A DNA stretch of 63,579 nucleotides, counting the filler, from Polymyxa betae A26-41 (lineage: Eukaryota > Protista > Endomyxa: Phytomyxea), in NCBI GenBank assembly GCA_003693705.1. It is 7 parts of 7 records of this genome, joined end to end, with 100 filler letters (N's around TTAATTAATTAA, not from the genome) between each part and the next. Parts side by side here need not be neighbours in the genome. Positions count along the whole stretch, not along the records: positions 1 to 13,589 come from RBZT01000634.1; positions 13,690 to 40,363 come from RBZT01000386.1; 5 more parts are not named here. The stretch is one strand, 5' to 3'. The first letter of the stretch is position 1, and every line of letters starts with the position of its first letter. A program made the position numbers and the translations under genes. Of the stretch, positions 12,493-23,900 are shown piece by piece. A model generated the notes under the pieces. The model searched no databases, had not been told where the DNA came from, and saw only the letters and a program-made list of their open reading frames with translations.

Positions 12493-12876
12493 TTATTTGA
12501 CGGGTTCTAAATGGTCGCGAGCCAGGGCGATAAACTTGAATCTCGGAACAGGAGCGGCCTCCAGAGAGGGGAAACACTCCTCGCGGACCCCGAGAATCCG
12601 GAGCGCCTGCCTGGCGTCTTCGGGGCGTACCTGCCCCTGATTCAGCGGGTCCATGCTGCTGAACATGGCGGCCAGATCGTCGTCGGTGTAGAGTTGGAGC
12701 GAGCGCAGATCGCCGCCATGATCGCGGACGTGTTCGAGCTGCGCGATGAGGAAGGCGTGAGGAGATTCGGGCGCGTGATAGACCAGCTGGGCGCAGAGAC
12801 GCTCGAACAGCGCTCCGATCTGGTAACGTTGGAAGTATTCGTTACAGGACTCAACACCGACGTTGTTCACTTCCAT
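12493..12876 (-). CDS. EFCAB10: EF-hand calcium-binding domain protein 10-like (Dpy-30/RIIa-type docking helix plus EF-hand)
   Basis: YFQRYQIGALFERLCAQLVYHAPESPHAFLIAQLE and DLAAMFSSMDPLNQGQV...ALRILGV; 127 aa, typical size. Confidence 0.75.
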   Translation of the reverse strand: MEVNNVGVESCNEYFQRYQIGALFERLCAQLVYHAPESPHAFLIAQLEHVRDHGGDLRSLQLYTDDDLAAMFSSMDPLNQGQVRPEDARQALRILGVREECFPSLEAAPVPRFKFIALARDHLEPVK

Positions 12877-13589
12877 CGATGATTAAGATGTGGTACCCCA
12901 AATCGGTCCTCACCGATCCGATACTTTGTGAGAAATGACATCAATTTTTTCATTTTTTTTAATTTTCTTTTCAAACTCTGCATAAAATCTAAACTTGGCA
13001 AATTTCAGAAGCTGATTACGGTTTGGCTCAAGCTCTGAATAGATTCAATTTGTTGTTTGGATTAAGATTGGATTTTTGCAAATGTCGAAAAACCCAATTT
13101 GGAGTCAGATATTCCAATCCGCCTAAGTGCAATTTGCAGTTCAAAGAGAGGCGCTGCGAAGTCATCGATCTGCGAATTCAACCTCAACCTGTTGGTATCT
13201 TCGACTCTCATGATCAAACATTTGAATCCGGGTAAAGGAGTACCAAATAGAGAGCAGCTAAACCCTAACATGAAACCGTTTTCAATTCCCAGATACAGGG
13301 TCCGTGGCGAAGTACTTCACCGTCAGTATTGTTATGTTTCAGGTGCGGTATTTGGCATGGAGTTACTGCCGGGACGGCACCGCAAACACCCATTTCCGCA
13401 GCCTGGCGTACTGTCCTTCATCGTCACCTACGCCACTATTTACTATATACGCACTATTGTGGTTCGCGGCTAATATCATCAGCAGAGAGCGATCTGTTAC
13501 TGTTGACAGTCATGGTAAAGACACCAAGTCTGCTCGATACGAGCTCCTACGCATCTATCTAATCCATCACATCTGTCAAATTACATCAT

Positions 13590-13689
13590 NNNNNNNNNNN
13601 NNNNNNNNNNNNNNNNNNNNNNNNNNNNNNNNNTTAATTAATTAANNNNNNNNNNNNNNNNNNNNNNNNNNNNNNNNNNNNNNNNNNNN
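13590..13689. other. Artificial assembly spacer N44-TTAATTAATTAA-N44 (12-mer also at 40408, 48473, 52470, 55353 and 61502)
   Basis: Identical 12-mer giving stops in all six frames, centred in six 100-nt N blocks. Confidence 0.97.
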
Positions 13690-13914
13690 ATATTCACGGC
13701 CAGTTCTACGATCTATTAAACATCTGGACGATGAATGGATATCCGGGCCCTGAACGTCCCTACATCTTCAATGGCGATTTCGTCGGTACGAAAATTCCGA
13801 TTTTCTGTCCCTATCGTTTTCGAGTTTTTGACAACTTCTTATTCATGGATTTTCTGTTTTGGATTTCCATCGCTGAACATGTTTTATCTACCAGATCGTG
13901 GCGGAAGCGGCTTG
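13690..13914 (+). pseudogene. PPP-family (PP5-like) Ser/Thr phosphatase catalytic fragment; intron 13786-13894
   Basis: (D)[31 protein letters not shown]|DRGGSGL: the GDxHG and GDxVDRG motifs, spliced in frame. Confidence 0.88.
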
Positions 13915-13933
13915 TTTGAAAAAAGATTGAAAG

Positions 13934-14452
13934 AGTGGAAACGTTTGGCAGCGGGAATTGAAAAAACGGTTTCGGACTTTGCGAGGATTGCGGCCGTCTG
14001 CAGCACAATTTTCTCAACAAGGTCCAATGCGATCCGACGCCCATCTCGGAGCCATTCCAGCATCAGCAGCACAAACTCGCGGGAGATCTCGCCCTCGGTC
14101 CATACCGGCTCTGTAACATAAACAGTCCGCATGACCGAGCCGCCCCCATCCATCGCCGGTCGTACTGACCTTCGGCCGGACCGGGATCAGACACGGATTG
14201 TTCGACGACGTGAATGCAGGGCGGGACATGGTCCAGGGAGACAGTACGACAGCATAGGTTCCCGATCATGGCGCGCAAGCCGTACTGGCCCGGGCAGGAC
14301 TCACACGGCAGCAGGCGGTCCTTGATAACGGCGCGAGGAAGGTTGCGAACAGCAGCGGGCTGCGGCGAGTGGTCCGGCGAACCGCCGGCCGCCGCCAGGG
14401 CCAGCACGCCGACCAACGCCGCCGTCAGAGCGACGATTGCCGGGGGGGTCAT
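13934..14452 (-). CDS. 5' part of a signal-peptide PP5-like phosphatase; exons 14452-14170 and 14110-~13934
   Basis: MTPPAIVALTAALVGVLALAAAG signal peptide and Cys-rich linker. A 59-nt GTCAGT...TTACAG intron puts it in frame with PVWTEGEISREFVLLMLEWLRDGRRIALDLVEKIVLQTAAIL, which resembles the PP5 pre-catalytic (PPP5) region. Confidence 0.7.
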
Positions 14453-15512
14453 GAATAGAATGAGGAATGCGTGACGGGCAGGTCTCTCCGGGCTACGGAC
14501 TTCGAGAGCTCCGTAACCTGTTCTGAGAGTGGCCCTGACTGCGACTCGATTCAAGTTGCAAATTTTTTTTCAAATTTCAACGTTCTGCGTTTGACATCCG
14601 ATGGATTTTCTTGCGTGAACCCAGCACCGGGGACCAGTACGATCGATTGCGATCACATTCTCGCAACCTATCTGATGCCAAATCTCCGAAATTGCTTCAA
14701 TCGAGCATCCCTTCCGAATTGTATTGGCAGAATCAGGCTGCGCGTTTCGAGCGAAAAATTGTCGACGGATAAAGAATCGCATTGAAATCGTGTCTCAAAC
14801 GCTTGAAGTTGCTCTTAGACGGATTCTACACGGTCTCATACAGCCAATTCTAACAGCAGAGTTTTAGACAGAGCTGATTCTATTGCATCGAATTAAAATG
14901 TTTCAAATTCATGCTATTTGCGATTGTGAAAAACTGAAACCATCCGATAGAATGGCAAAATCTCATCATGGATACGAAATGCACAAGAATCATCGAGTAT
15001 ATCAGGCATCCGTATCATTATCACAATGTGGAAGTGACCCAGCATTAAGCAGGTCTCGAATGAATCTTTTCCTATCAATGGAATCAGAATGCTCATGGCA
15101 GTCGATCAGAAGCCGTTTTCGAGCAGATGCAAGATCTCTTACGCTGGATGAAATCCGATCTGCAAGCGGAGCCTTTTATGGCAACACGTTCAAATGATGC
15201 ATTGAGATGGATATGGTGCGAATCCGTTCGTTCACTCAGCAACGGTCGTGAATCGGGATCACGTTTCCATAAAGACGATGATGAGAGATCGGAATTTATT
15301 TTTTCAAACAGAGGCAAACTTTTGTCAATTTTTTTAGTAAGCTCGCTTCCAAACAGCTGTTTACTCTCTTCTAGCTTGCAAATTCTCGCCCTACAAATGA
15401 TAATTCATGATGATGGTATTCAACAGGAGTCTCAAAGCAGCTTCAAACAATTCGAAAGACACGAACCCAACCCGGAATGCGCTTCAATGTTGAAATTGAT
15501 GTATTGCGAAAA

Positions 15513-16064
15513 TTATGGGGCGAATCCGAGATTTTCCCCGAATTTGGACCATTTGAATTCGGAAATCTCATCGGATATAAGATTAACAATAGCGATATTA
15601 GCGAGCAGTAACATGATGGCATAGAAGATGATTAATGGTGCAGGCATTAAAGCCAGCTGCATACGATTCTTATAGAGCGTATGAGAGACATGTTTCCCTA
15701 ATAGGAAGAACGCCAATGCGAATACAATCGGATAGCCTTGCGGGTGTCGAATAATGAGAGCGAGTGCCGACCCGATCACCACAAGGGCCGCCAATCCTTG
15801 CATCAGATCCGGAGTCAAATCTTTAACAATGAGAGGCCACGCGAGGCGGGCTCGATCGCGGTAGCTCAACGTCGATTTCGGTGTCACAAACAGACGCTTG
15901 AAGGCGGCACGGAGTTTGTCTTTGGAAGTCGGGCTGCTGGGGCAGGGCTCGATCGGGTCCGGTACGACCACGATCGTCACCGAGCCATCGACGGGGTCGC
16001 GGGGCGTCTCGGTGGCGATGCCGGCGGCCACGAGTACGAGCAGGAATGCGACCAGCGTGATCAT
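15513..16064 (-). CDS. Hypothetical signal-peptide protein with ~3 C-terminal TM helices (183 aa)
   Basis: MITLVAFLLVLVAAGIA signal peptide; hydrophobic segments GLAALVVIGSALALII, PIVFALAFFLLG and LIIFYAIMLLLANIAIV. Confidence 0.65.
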   Translation of the reverse strand: MITLVAFLLVLVAAGIATETPRDPVDGSVTIVVVPDPIEPCPSSPTSKDKLRAAFKRLFVTPKSTLSYRDRARLAWPLIVKDLTPDLMQGLAALVVIGSALALIIRHPQGYPIVFALAFFLLGKHVSHTLYKNRMQLALMPAPLIIFYAIMLLLANIAIVNLISDEISEFKWSKFGENLGFAP

Positions 16065-18228
16065 GACGAATGAACGAATGACGCGACAAGGCGGCGGAGT
16101 GATGCGGTCGACACCATCGATCCAAGTCCGCCACGCATTTTGAAACATATGGAACCGAAGTCGACATACCGACCCGAAAGTCTCAGTTCATTTGACAATG
16201 TGCGTACGCACTTTTTAACTTTTTTAACTTTTTTAGGTCAACGCGAATTTCCTCAAGTGTCGCAATTCCGCGGGCTCTCTGTAAGCTCGCGCACTTCCAT
16301 GCTCCGTCTTTTTCCAATAGCGACTACAATCACTACCATAGCTAAACTGTCATAATCGCCGAGCAGCGGGCTGCGCCCTGGCAGGCTCACGGAGTTTCGT
16401 CGGGACTTGGAAATGTTTGGAAGTCAGGAATTCAATCCTTTGAAAAATGAAGCACGTGGCAGCTTTTTTGGGGAGTTGGGGTGGCGAGCTCGACACCACC
16501 CCTAAAAGCGCGCGACGCACTCGAATTATTCTCTTCTGTATTTTGAGCTCGTAGATTCATTGCAGGGAGCCGCCGTCTGAGCCCTCTGGTCAGACTCCGT
16601 CTAGGTAGCCCCAGGGCCGGCCTGTCTCCGAAGACCGCAGATACTCAATAACTATTTTATAAGCTCCTAACCGTAGGACGAGGGTTGAAGGTCGAGAAAG
16701 TCTGCTGGACCACAGATCAAGTATCAGGCAGGCTCTCGTAATCTCCAATGGTGACCATTTTTTGGTTTTGTGAATTTTCTTGCATTTTCTATTAAACAAA
16801 TAGCACGGACTTTTAGAATCAATTCTGTATATGGCTGTGACGAAGCACAAAGTTCAAATATCGAACTGTAGAATGAGAAAATAAAGTGCGACAAAAAGTC
16901 CGAACTATGGAGAGGATGGGACGATTTTGTTACCGTGAGCGCGGCCTCCCAGTCATTTCATGATGATTAGATCGTCGGCCTGAACGGTATGTCGTCTCTC
17001 ATTTGTTTTAATCGGCATCACAATCGCGTCCATTGATGAATCCGGATCCAGCCATACTACAACAGGTTCCCGGCCACAAGTTTCTCTCTCACCAGTGAAC
17101 ATCAACCAGGGTTCGCCGATTCTCTTTCTTTCCCGAATCTCAAATCTTTTGCTTTGCGCTGCTCTTAACAGATTTCTGCAATTGCTGCTGCAACGAACTC
17201 TTTTGCAAATTTTAAAACTTTTTCGATTATTTTTCGGTTTTCAACCAGTTATTAGATTTATGGTTTTGCCATTTATTAACAAATTCTGCCTCTGCTGTGT
17301 CAAAACAATCTGGTCTTACTGTTTTCAACATTTTTTTCTTAAATTTCTGTTTGGCTTTAAGTCAATTTCTGCATGTGCTGTTTCCGAAAAGCTCAGGTTT
17401 GCTGTTCAATAGAACCATTAAATCTCTTCATCCGAATTTGTGTTTTACGATGGCATTGATATCGTTATAGAATGTATCATAGAGCGAGACTTATCATTAT
17501 GGGGTTATGGCCAGATGCAGCATTACCAGCAAAGAGATCACCGGGAGCAGTCAACTGTTCGGACACCAGTGTGGCCGATGAAACCGATTGAAAGTGCCAT
17601 CATCGCTTTAGCTTGCAAAAAGGAACCAGAGTCAGTCATTTTGATTATTGGAAGATAAGAAGCTCAGACCTCAGAAGTATTGTTACACAAAATCCCACCA
17701 GATTTGCGCTAAAATTCGCTGAGTTTACAAAATCGATCAGAGTCGGTCCGATTTTTATCCACAGAAATATGTGAAGTTCAGATGATATGTTCTGAGCCAA
17801 CTGTAATGTTACACATCTGATATCAGATTTTTGCTAATTCGTCGATAGCAGGATTTGCCATAATACAGATGGGTCTGTCCTATATAAATTCATTCACTGA
17901 AAGAAGTCCACTCAGCACTATGCAGAGCTTTTCTGGCCCAGCTGTAATGTTACACATCAGAAAACAGATTCAGGTGGCTGAAATCGTTACGTTTAATGAG
18001 GCTGTCATCATAGGTACAGCCATTGATGATCCAGGTACTGGCCCCAGGACTTTGCTCCATTCGAGCTGCATCCATGTCCGTTACTGATTCAGTATAGGCT
18101 GAAGGTCTAAACTGTGACGGGGTGATGGGGTCTGGACCGGGGGGGGGGGCGGGTACGGTCTGGAATCATCCCTCGAAATAATTTATGAAACGGTCGCCGA
18201 GCACCCTCACCTTCTCAACGTTCACCCA

Positions 18229-19197
18229 ATGACAACCCGGCTGGTCGTACTGGCCGCCACCATGGTCGGCGTACTGGCCGACATCTCGCCGTTCCAGGAC
18301 TACTGCAGCGAGCGGACCGAGCGCGACTGCGCTGGGAACGACCCGCTCTACGGGTTCCCGTTATGCGCGTGGGACAGTACGACCAGCGCGTGCGATTTCC
18401 GAGCGCAGTCGTGCCCGCCGGATCTCGGGGCGGCGCTGCAGGCGGTGGCGGGCTGCGGCCCGAGACGCGGGAATCTGTGCCCCCCCGGCTGTACAGCGGC
18501 CGTCGTCCATCTCGAGGCCGTCATCAATGTCCGAGCCGGTTTCAACGCGTCCGTCAGTGACGACGAATTCTGGCGGCGGGTGCGAGCGGATCGGAACGCG
18601 TCGCAGGCTGTTGTCGATCTGATGTATTGCGAATGGAGTCTCGGCATGATCGGACTCCAGATCGATTGCAGCGGCAATTTCACCGCCAATGATGTGACGG
18701 CTGCCATGAACGCTTACCGACATAAGACGCCGTCGTCGTTACCATCGAATAGCTCTCCTCAGACGATCTCTACAAAAGCCATGACGCAGTCGCTACCATC
18801 GAATAGTTCTCCTCAGACGATCTCTACAAAAGCCATGACGCAGTCGCTACCATCGAATAGTTCTCCTCAGACGATCTCTTCAAAAGCCAGTTCTGCTCGT
18901 TCAAAAATCTCTTCCAACACTCCAATTCAAACTTCTGCAAGTGTGATCAATTCAACATCAACGACGACGGCTTCGACCCGATCTATAAGAACTCAAATCG
19001 CCAAGCGCACAACACAGCAGAGCCGAACGAAAACTGCAACAAATAACAGCACAAGATCCTCCTCGAAACCTGTCTCACAAGGCTTCAGGAGAACGTCTTC
19101 GAATGATGTTCCAGCTAGTCGTCAACCTACTATCGGGCAGCATTCGATTATATTACAGTGTTTCATAAACATAAAAATACAAAAGAAATACCACTAA
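18229..19197 (+). CDS. Secreted Cys-rich protein with Ser/Thr-rich mucin-like tail (322 aa)
   Basis: MTTRLVVLAATMVGVLA signal peptide; ten Cys in the N-terminal ~150 aa; S/T-rich repeat tail. Confidence 0.75.
   Translation: MTTRLVVLAATMVGVLADISPFQDYCSERTERDCAGNDPLYGFPLCAWDSTTSACDFRAQSCPPDLGAALQAVAGCGPRRGNLCPPGCTAAVVHLEAVINVRAGFNASVSDDEFWRRVRADRNASQAVVDLMYCEWSLGMIGLQIDCSGNFTANDVTAAMNAYRHKTPSSLPSNSSPQTISTKAMTQSLPSNSSPQTISTKAMTQSLPSNSSPQTISSKASSARSKISSNTPIQTSASVINSTSTTTASTRSIRTQIAKRTTQQSRTKTATNNSTRSSSKPVSQGFRRTSSNDVPASRQPTIGQHSIILQCFINIKIQKKYH
18736..18888 (+). repeat. 54-bp coding tandem repeat (SLPSNSSPQTISTKAMTQ), ~2.8 copies
   Basis: Units start at 18736, 18790 and 18844. Confidence 0.95.
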
Positions 19198-20939
19198 ATG
19201 TGATATTTTGCACACAATAGGAATGGAAATAGAAACTTCTAAGACAAAATGCAGATCACGGCAGAATAGAAGATTAATCACAAAGCTGTCAAGTTTGAAA
19301 TTTACGCCGCCAGAAACAAGCCGGCTTTGTCACAGCTTCGGGGTATCCGCCCCGGAGGATTAATCTGAGAAGGCGCCGCCAAAGATCTTTTGATGATCTG
19401 GCTTCTTCACCACAATTGTCAGCAGAGATCGCTCTTCAATCGAAAATCATCGAAGAACAAAAAATGAAAAACCTTGTTGGCTTGCAGCCTATACCGACTT
19501 TGATTTCGTTATTCTGAGCCAGAAGAGATGTGTTCTGCATTGATCGGAATTCCAAAGAAACCAATCATACCGCAGGGTTTGCTGCAGACAGGATGCAGCA
19601 GATTCTTAGGGCTAGGGTTTACTCATTACAGGATGACCTGAGCTGTATCTTGCTGCTCGAATCTCTTCTCATTTTAGCATGACGAGGCCTAAGTACTTTT
19701 AAAGGCGTCAAGTCAGGTATCCCGACGCCGTATTTCTTAGCTCCATCGAGCCGCAAGTTTAGGCTGATTGATTCATTCGACTTCATGTCTGTTCGCAGCA
19801 GATGTGGCCATTCATGACACAGCCTAAAACCCTAAAACGCGAAATTTCACAGGCCAACAAATTGACAAACTCGTGACTATTTGTGCAAACTTTTGGACGG
19901 CAAAATAAGTGACCCTCGGTGTTGTATTTGGCAATATATCGCATCTCTTCAGATAGCAGATCTGCCGTCTCACTCGCGTCTCTCATTGCAATACAAATTG
20001 AACTGTATCTTCCCGCACGTTACCGGAAAATGCTGAAGAGTCCGCCCGGATATGGATTCAGGAGATTCAATCATTAATCGCGAAGGACAAAATCCAACCG
20101 AGAAATATAATCGATATTCTGGCTCTACGATACTTTGAATCTGAACCAACAGCAACAATTTCAAGAAGAGGAAGTGATAACATACTGTAACGTAAGGGAA
20201 GAACCTCCCATAAAAGATTCACTGTAACGTCTCCCTTCTCAGCAGCTGGAAAATGCCGAACCGCCTTTTTTGTTTTCCAATTTGATGATCGTTCCAGATG
20301 TAGCTCGCGGAGTTTTTAAGAAAGTCGGAGTGATGAGGGCGGACATCTTGACGCCCTTGTCGAAGAATACGGCTATTGATCCTGCTCGGTTTATAAAGAG
20401 CCGGTCCTGTACCTTTTTATCGATTTCTTATGTACGTTAATTCCGCCGAAAACAGAGCTTTGGGAAATTTAACATCTTCGCGAGGCTGGTCGCCTAGCGA
20501 GTGATTAACCTATTGCAGACTTTGGATATTGGTACTTACCGGAGCTTTCAAAAATTTATCCGGGAATATTCGATGAATATCTTTAAAAAGCCATCTCAGA
20601 TCCTTCTATGCAAAACTAAGCAGGCAAAACAATGTCCGAGATATCAGATGGTGCCAGCTTAGGTCAAATAGGCTGCGATAGCTTTCCATCCGATATGATC
20701 CGGAAGTCGTTCCGTCTTAGTAGAATATGCCCTATTAGAATGAAGTGACAATTCGTAATCACCCTCTTCAGGCATCGTCTGATGATTTCGATGCGCGAAA
20801 ATGGGAACAACAATATGGAGATGTCTTGCACAAAAATGCAACTTTCGCGATGAAATGAAACCATTAAAAGATGATCAACCACAAAAATGGCTAAATGCTG
20901 GACTCGCATACTTTCCAAATCTCCAAACAGATTGGTCTG

Positions 20940-23900
20940 AAACAGGATAGAGAGCCTTTGTCATCAAGTCTGCGACGTTGTCGCCGCTTGGGCAGTATTT
21001 GATCTCAATGACGCCCGACTGGACCAGATCGCGGATGAAGTGGTGCCGAACATCTATATGTTTGCATCGTGCGGTGACGCTCTCAGACAGAGCCACATGG
21101 ATCGCCGCCTGATTGTCCTCGTAGACGACGGTTTTATCTTGTTTGAAACCAATCTCCTCCAGAAGTTTTCGACACCAGATTAACTCCTTACTGAAAGTGA
21201 AACACAGGTTTGGCGTCGCGAAGACCAGAAAACTGGACCATTAATAACTCCGATAATACCAGATACGGATTTTCGGCCGTCCTTGTCGCCTGCCCAATCG
21301 GCGTCAACGAAAACCTTCAGTTGCATGTTATCGCCAGCGCCAATGTATTGGATGCCAATATCTAAGCTGCCCTTGAGGTAATGTAAAATCTGCTTAATAG
21401 CTTGAACATGTTGTGCTGTGGGTTTCTGAACAAATCTCGCACAGATGTTCACCGCTGTTGCAATATCCGGTCGAGTAGCAATTGCTGCGTACAGAAGACT
21501 TCCAACGCATTCTCGATATGGAAAGTTAGCTTGCTGTTCATTATCAGAAGCCGTAAAGAGCTGAGTTGAAGGCGATATAGGTGTAGAAACTGGCTTACAG
21601 TCTGCCATACCAAAGCGGTTAAGAACTTGTTCAATATAAGCACGTTGTGAAAGCTTGATCGCTCCTGTCGTCTGATTGTGCTCCACTCTCATTCCCAGTA
21701 TGAAACTTATCTCGCCCAGGTCCTTAATTTGATATTCAGCGGCTAGTTTAACTTTAACTTTCTTGAGCAGGTCTGGCTTCTTGGCAGCTATTCCTAAGTC
21801 GTCAACGTACAGTGCGATCATAACAAGATCATCATCTTGACCGCTTACGAAAAGACATGGTTCGACTTGTGTGTTTTGAAAGCCCATTTCTCGTAAGGTT
21901 GCAGAAACAGTTTTCCACCATTGCCTTCCCGATTGTTTTAGACCATAGACGGCCTTCTGGAGTCGACAAACAACACGTTCACCATTCGGGCCGTGTTTCT
22001 CGAAACCCTGAGGCTGCTGCATGTAAATAGTCTCCGTCAATGGCGAATTCAGAAAAGCCGTGACCACATCCAGATGATGTGGAACCATACCCATGGAGGC
22101 TGCTGCTGAGAAGAAAATTCGAAGACCAGTCATCGATATAACCGGTGCAAACGTATCAACATAATCGACACCATAGACTTGAGAGAAGCCGCGCGACCAA
22201 TCTTGCTTTAAACTTTTCAGGTAGTCCATTTGGGTCAGTCTTTATCTTGTAAACCCATTTTGAGCTGATCACTTTTGCATCTGTAGGTGGTGGCACTAAA
22301 TCCCACGTACTGTTGGTGGCCATGCTGCTGAGCACAGTCTTCATGGCTGCAATCCACTCTTCCTTATCATCAGAACTTACGGCTTGATGGTACGTGGCTG
22401 GCTGGTCAATTAGCTGTGAATTCTGATCCATCATGAAGCAGGCTCCAATGTAGCCATATTCTTGGGCGAACGTTAACGGGGGTGCTGACTTGCGGGTAGA
22501 ACGTCGTGGCGCTGATCGAACGTCAGAACTTTCTTGTAAGTCGATTGGTTCATCGTCATAGTGATTCTCTAAAGCTGTATGGAATGTATCTTCGTCGTCA
22601 CTAACTTGAGTATCAGCATCAGGAATAAATGTTTCTTCGATCACCGCTCGGGTTTGCGTGTCAGGTTCGTCGTCTCGGGCTGGTAATCCCTCCTGGCGAC
22701 GGACTGATGGTGCAACTGTCCCATGATCTTCAATCAAATCGAATCCTGCGACCTCTCGCGACGATGTTAATTTCCCAGTTTTCAATCGAATCAGGTAACC
22801 TTGCTCTTCTGAGGCAATACCAACGAATCGTGCTTCCTGTGCTTTAGGGTCCAAAGCACTTCTTGAATTGTCAAGGGTCTTCACAAAAACCTTCTTGCCA
22901 AAGGTTTGGACCATCTTCAAGCACGGGGCCTTGTCGAAACGGCGCTCATATGGAGTGATACCTTTTAATGAAGCATGTGGCGACCGGTTCCTTACAAAAG
23001 CAGCATATGTGATAGCTTCAGTCCACCAAGATGGCGGAGCGTCGGTTTCAGCCATCATACTTCTCATCGAATCTTTCAGGGTCCGGTTCGCTCTTTCAGC
23101 CACGCCGTTTTGCTGTGGTGTATATGGGCAGCTCATTATCTGCTTGATGCCCCTCCTGGCACAGAACTGCTTGAACTCGTTGCTACCATATTCACCGCCG
23201 TTATCGCTGATGAGAGCCTTAACACGTCTCGGGTCAAATTCAGTTTCGATTCTGTAAACTAGCAGCTTGAACTTCGAAAACACGTCTGACTTCTTCTCTA
23301 AAGGATAAAGTGAGATATGACGCGAGTAATCATCAATGAAAGTCACGAAGAAGCGAGCTCCACCAGAACCGCGCGTTTCAAAAGGTCCACAGACATTAGA
23401 ATGAAATATTTCGGCTGGGCGGTTGGCTCGGATACTGGTTGGCCTACTGTGAAAGGGGCGACGACTCATCTTCCCTTTGAGGCACGATTCGCACGTCAAA
23501 TTTGTAATCTTACCATTGATCTTGATGATTCCTGCTTTTGCTAATTGTTCGATAGCATCATAATGCAGGTGACCAAGTCGCAAATGCCAGTTTTGGATCT
23601 GATCAGCTGGCTGTGATAATGGAGATGCCGGCCGCATATCAACCTTCTCGGACGCCGAAAAATTAGCCGAATTTGACGTCGTATCGTCCGTTGAATCATT
23701 CAAAACAAATAGGTCGCCTGTTCGAGACCCTGTGGCGATGATTTTCCCGTTCTTGTTAATTTCGACTCCCATCGTCTTGCGCTTAAACGTGATTTCGTCA
23801 ACGCCGTTATCCAAAGCTTTCGTAATGGAGACCAAATTTGCTGTAAGACCTGGAACAACCATACGTTTTGAAGTCTGATCTGTCCATTTACAGAATCACC

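Noticed and set aside
13634-13645. TTAATTAATTAA palindrome recurring six times
   Set aside because: Always centred in 100-nt N blocks; it is a six-frame-stop assembly linker, and ORFs ending in LIN are artefacts.
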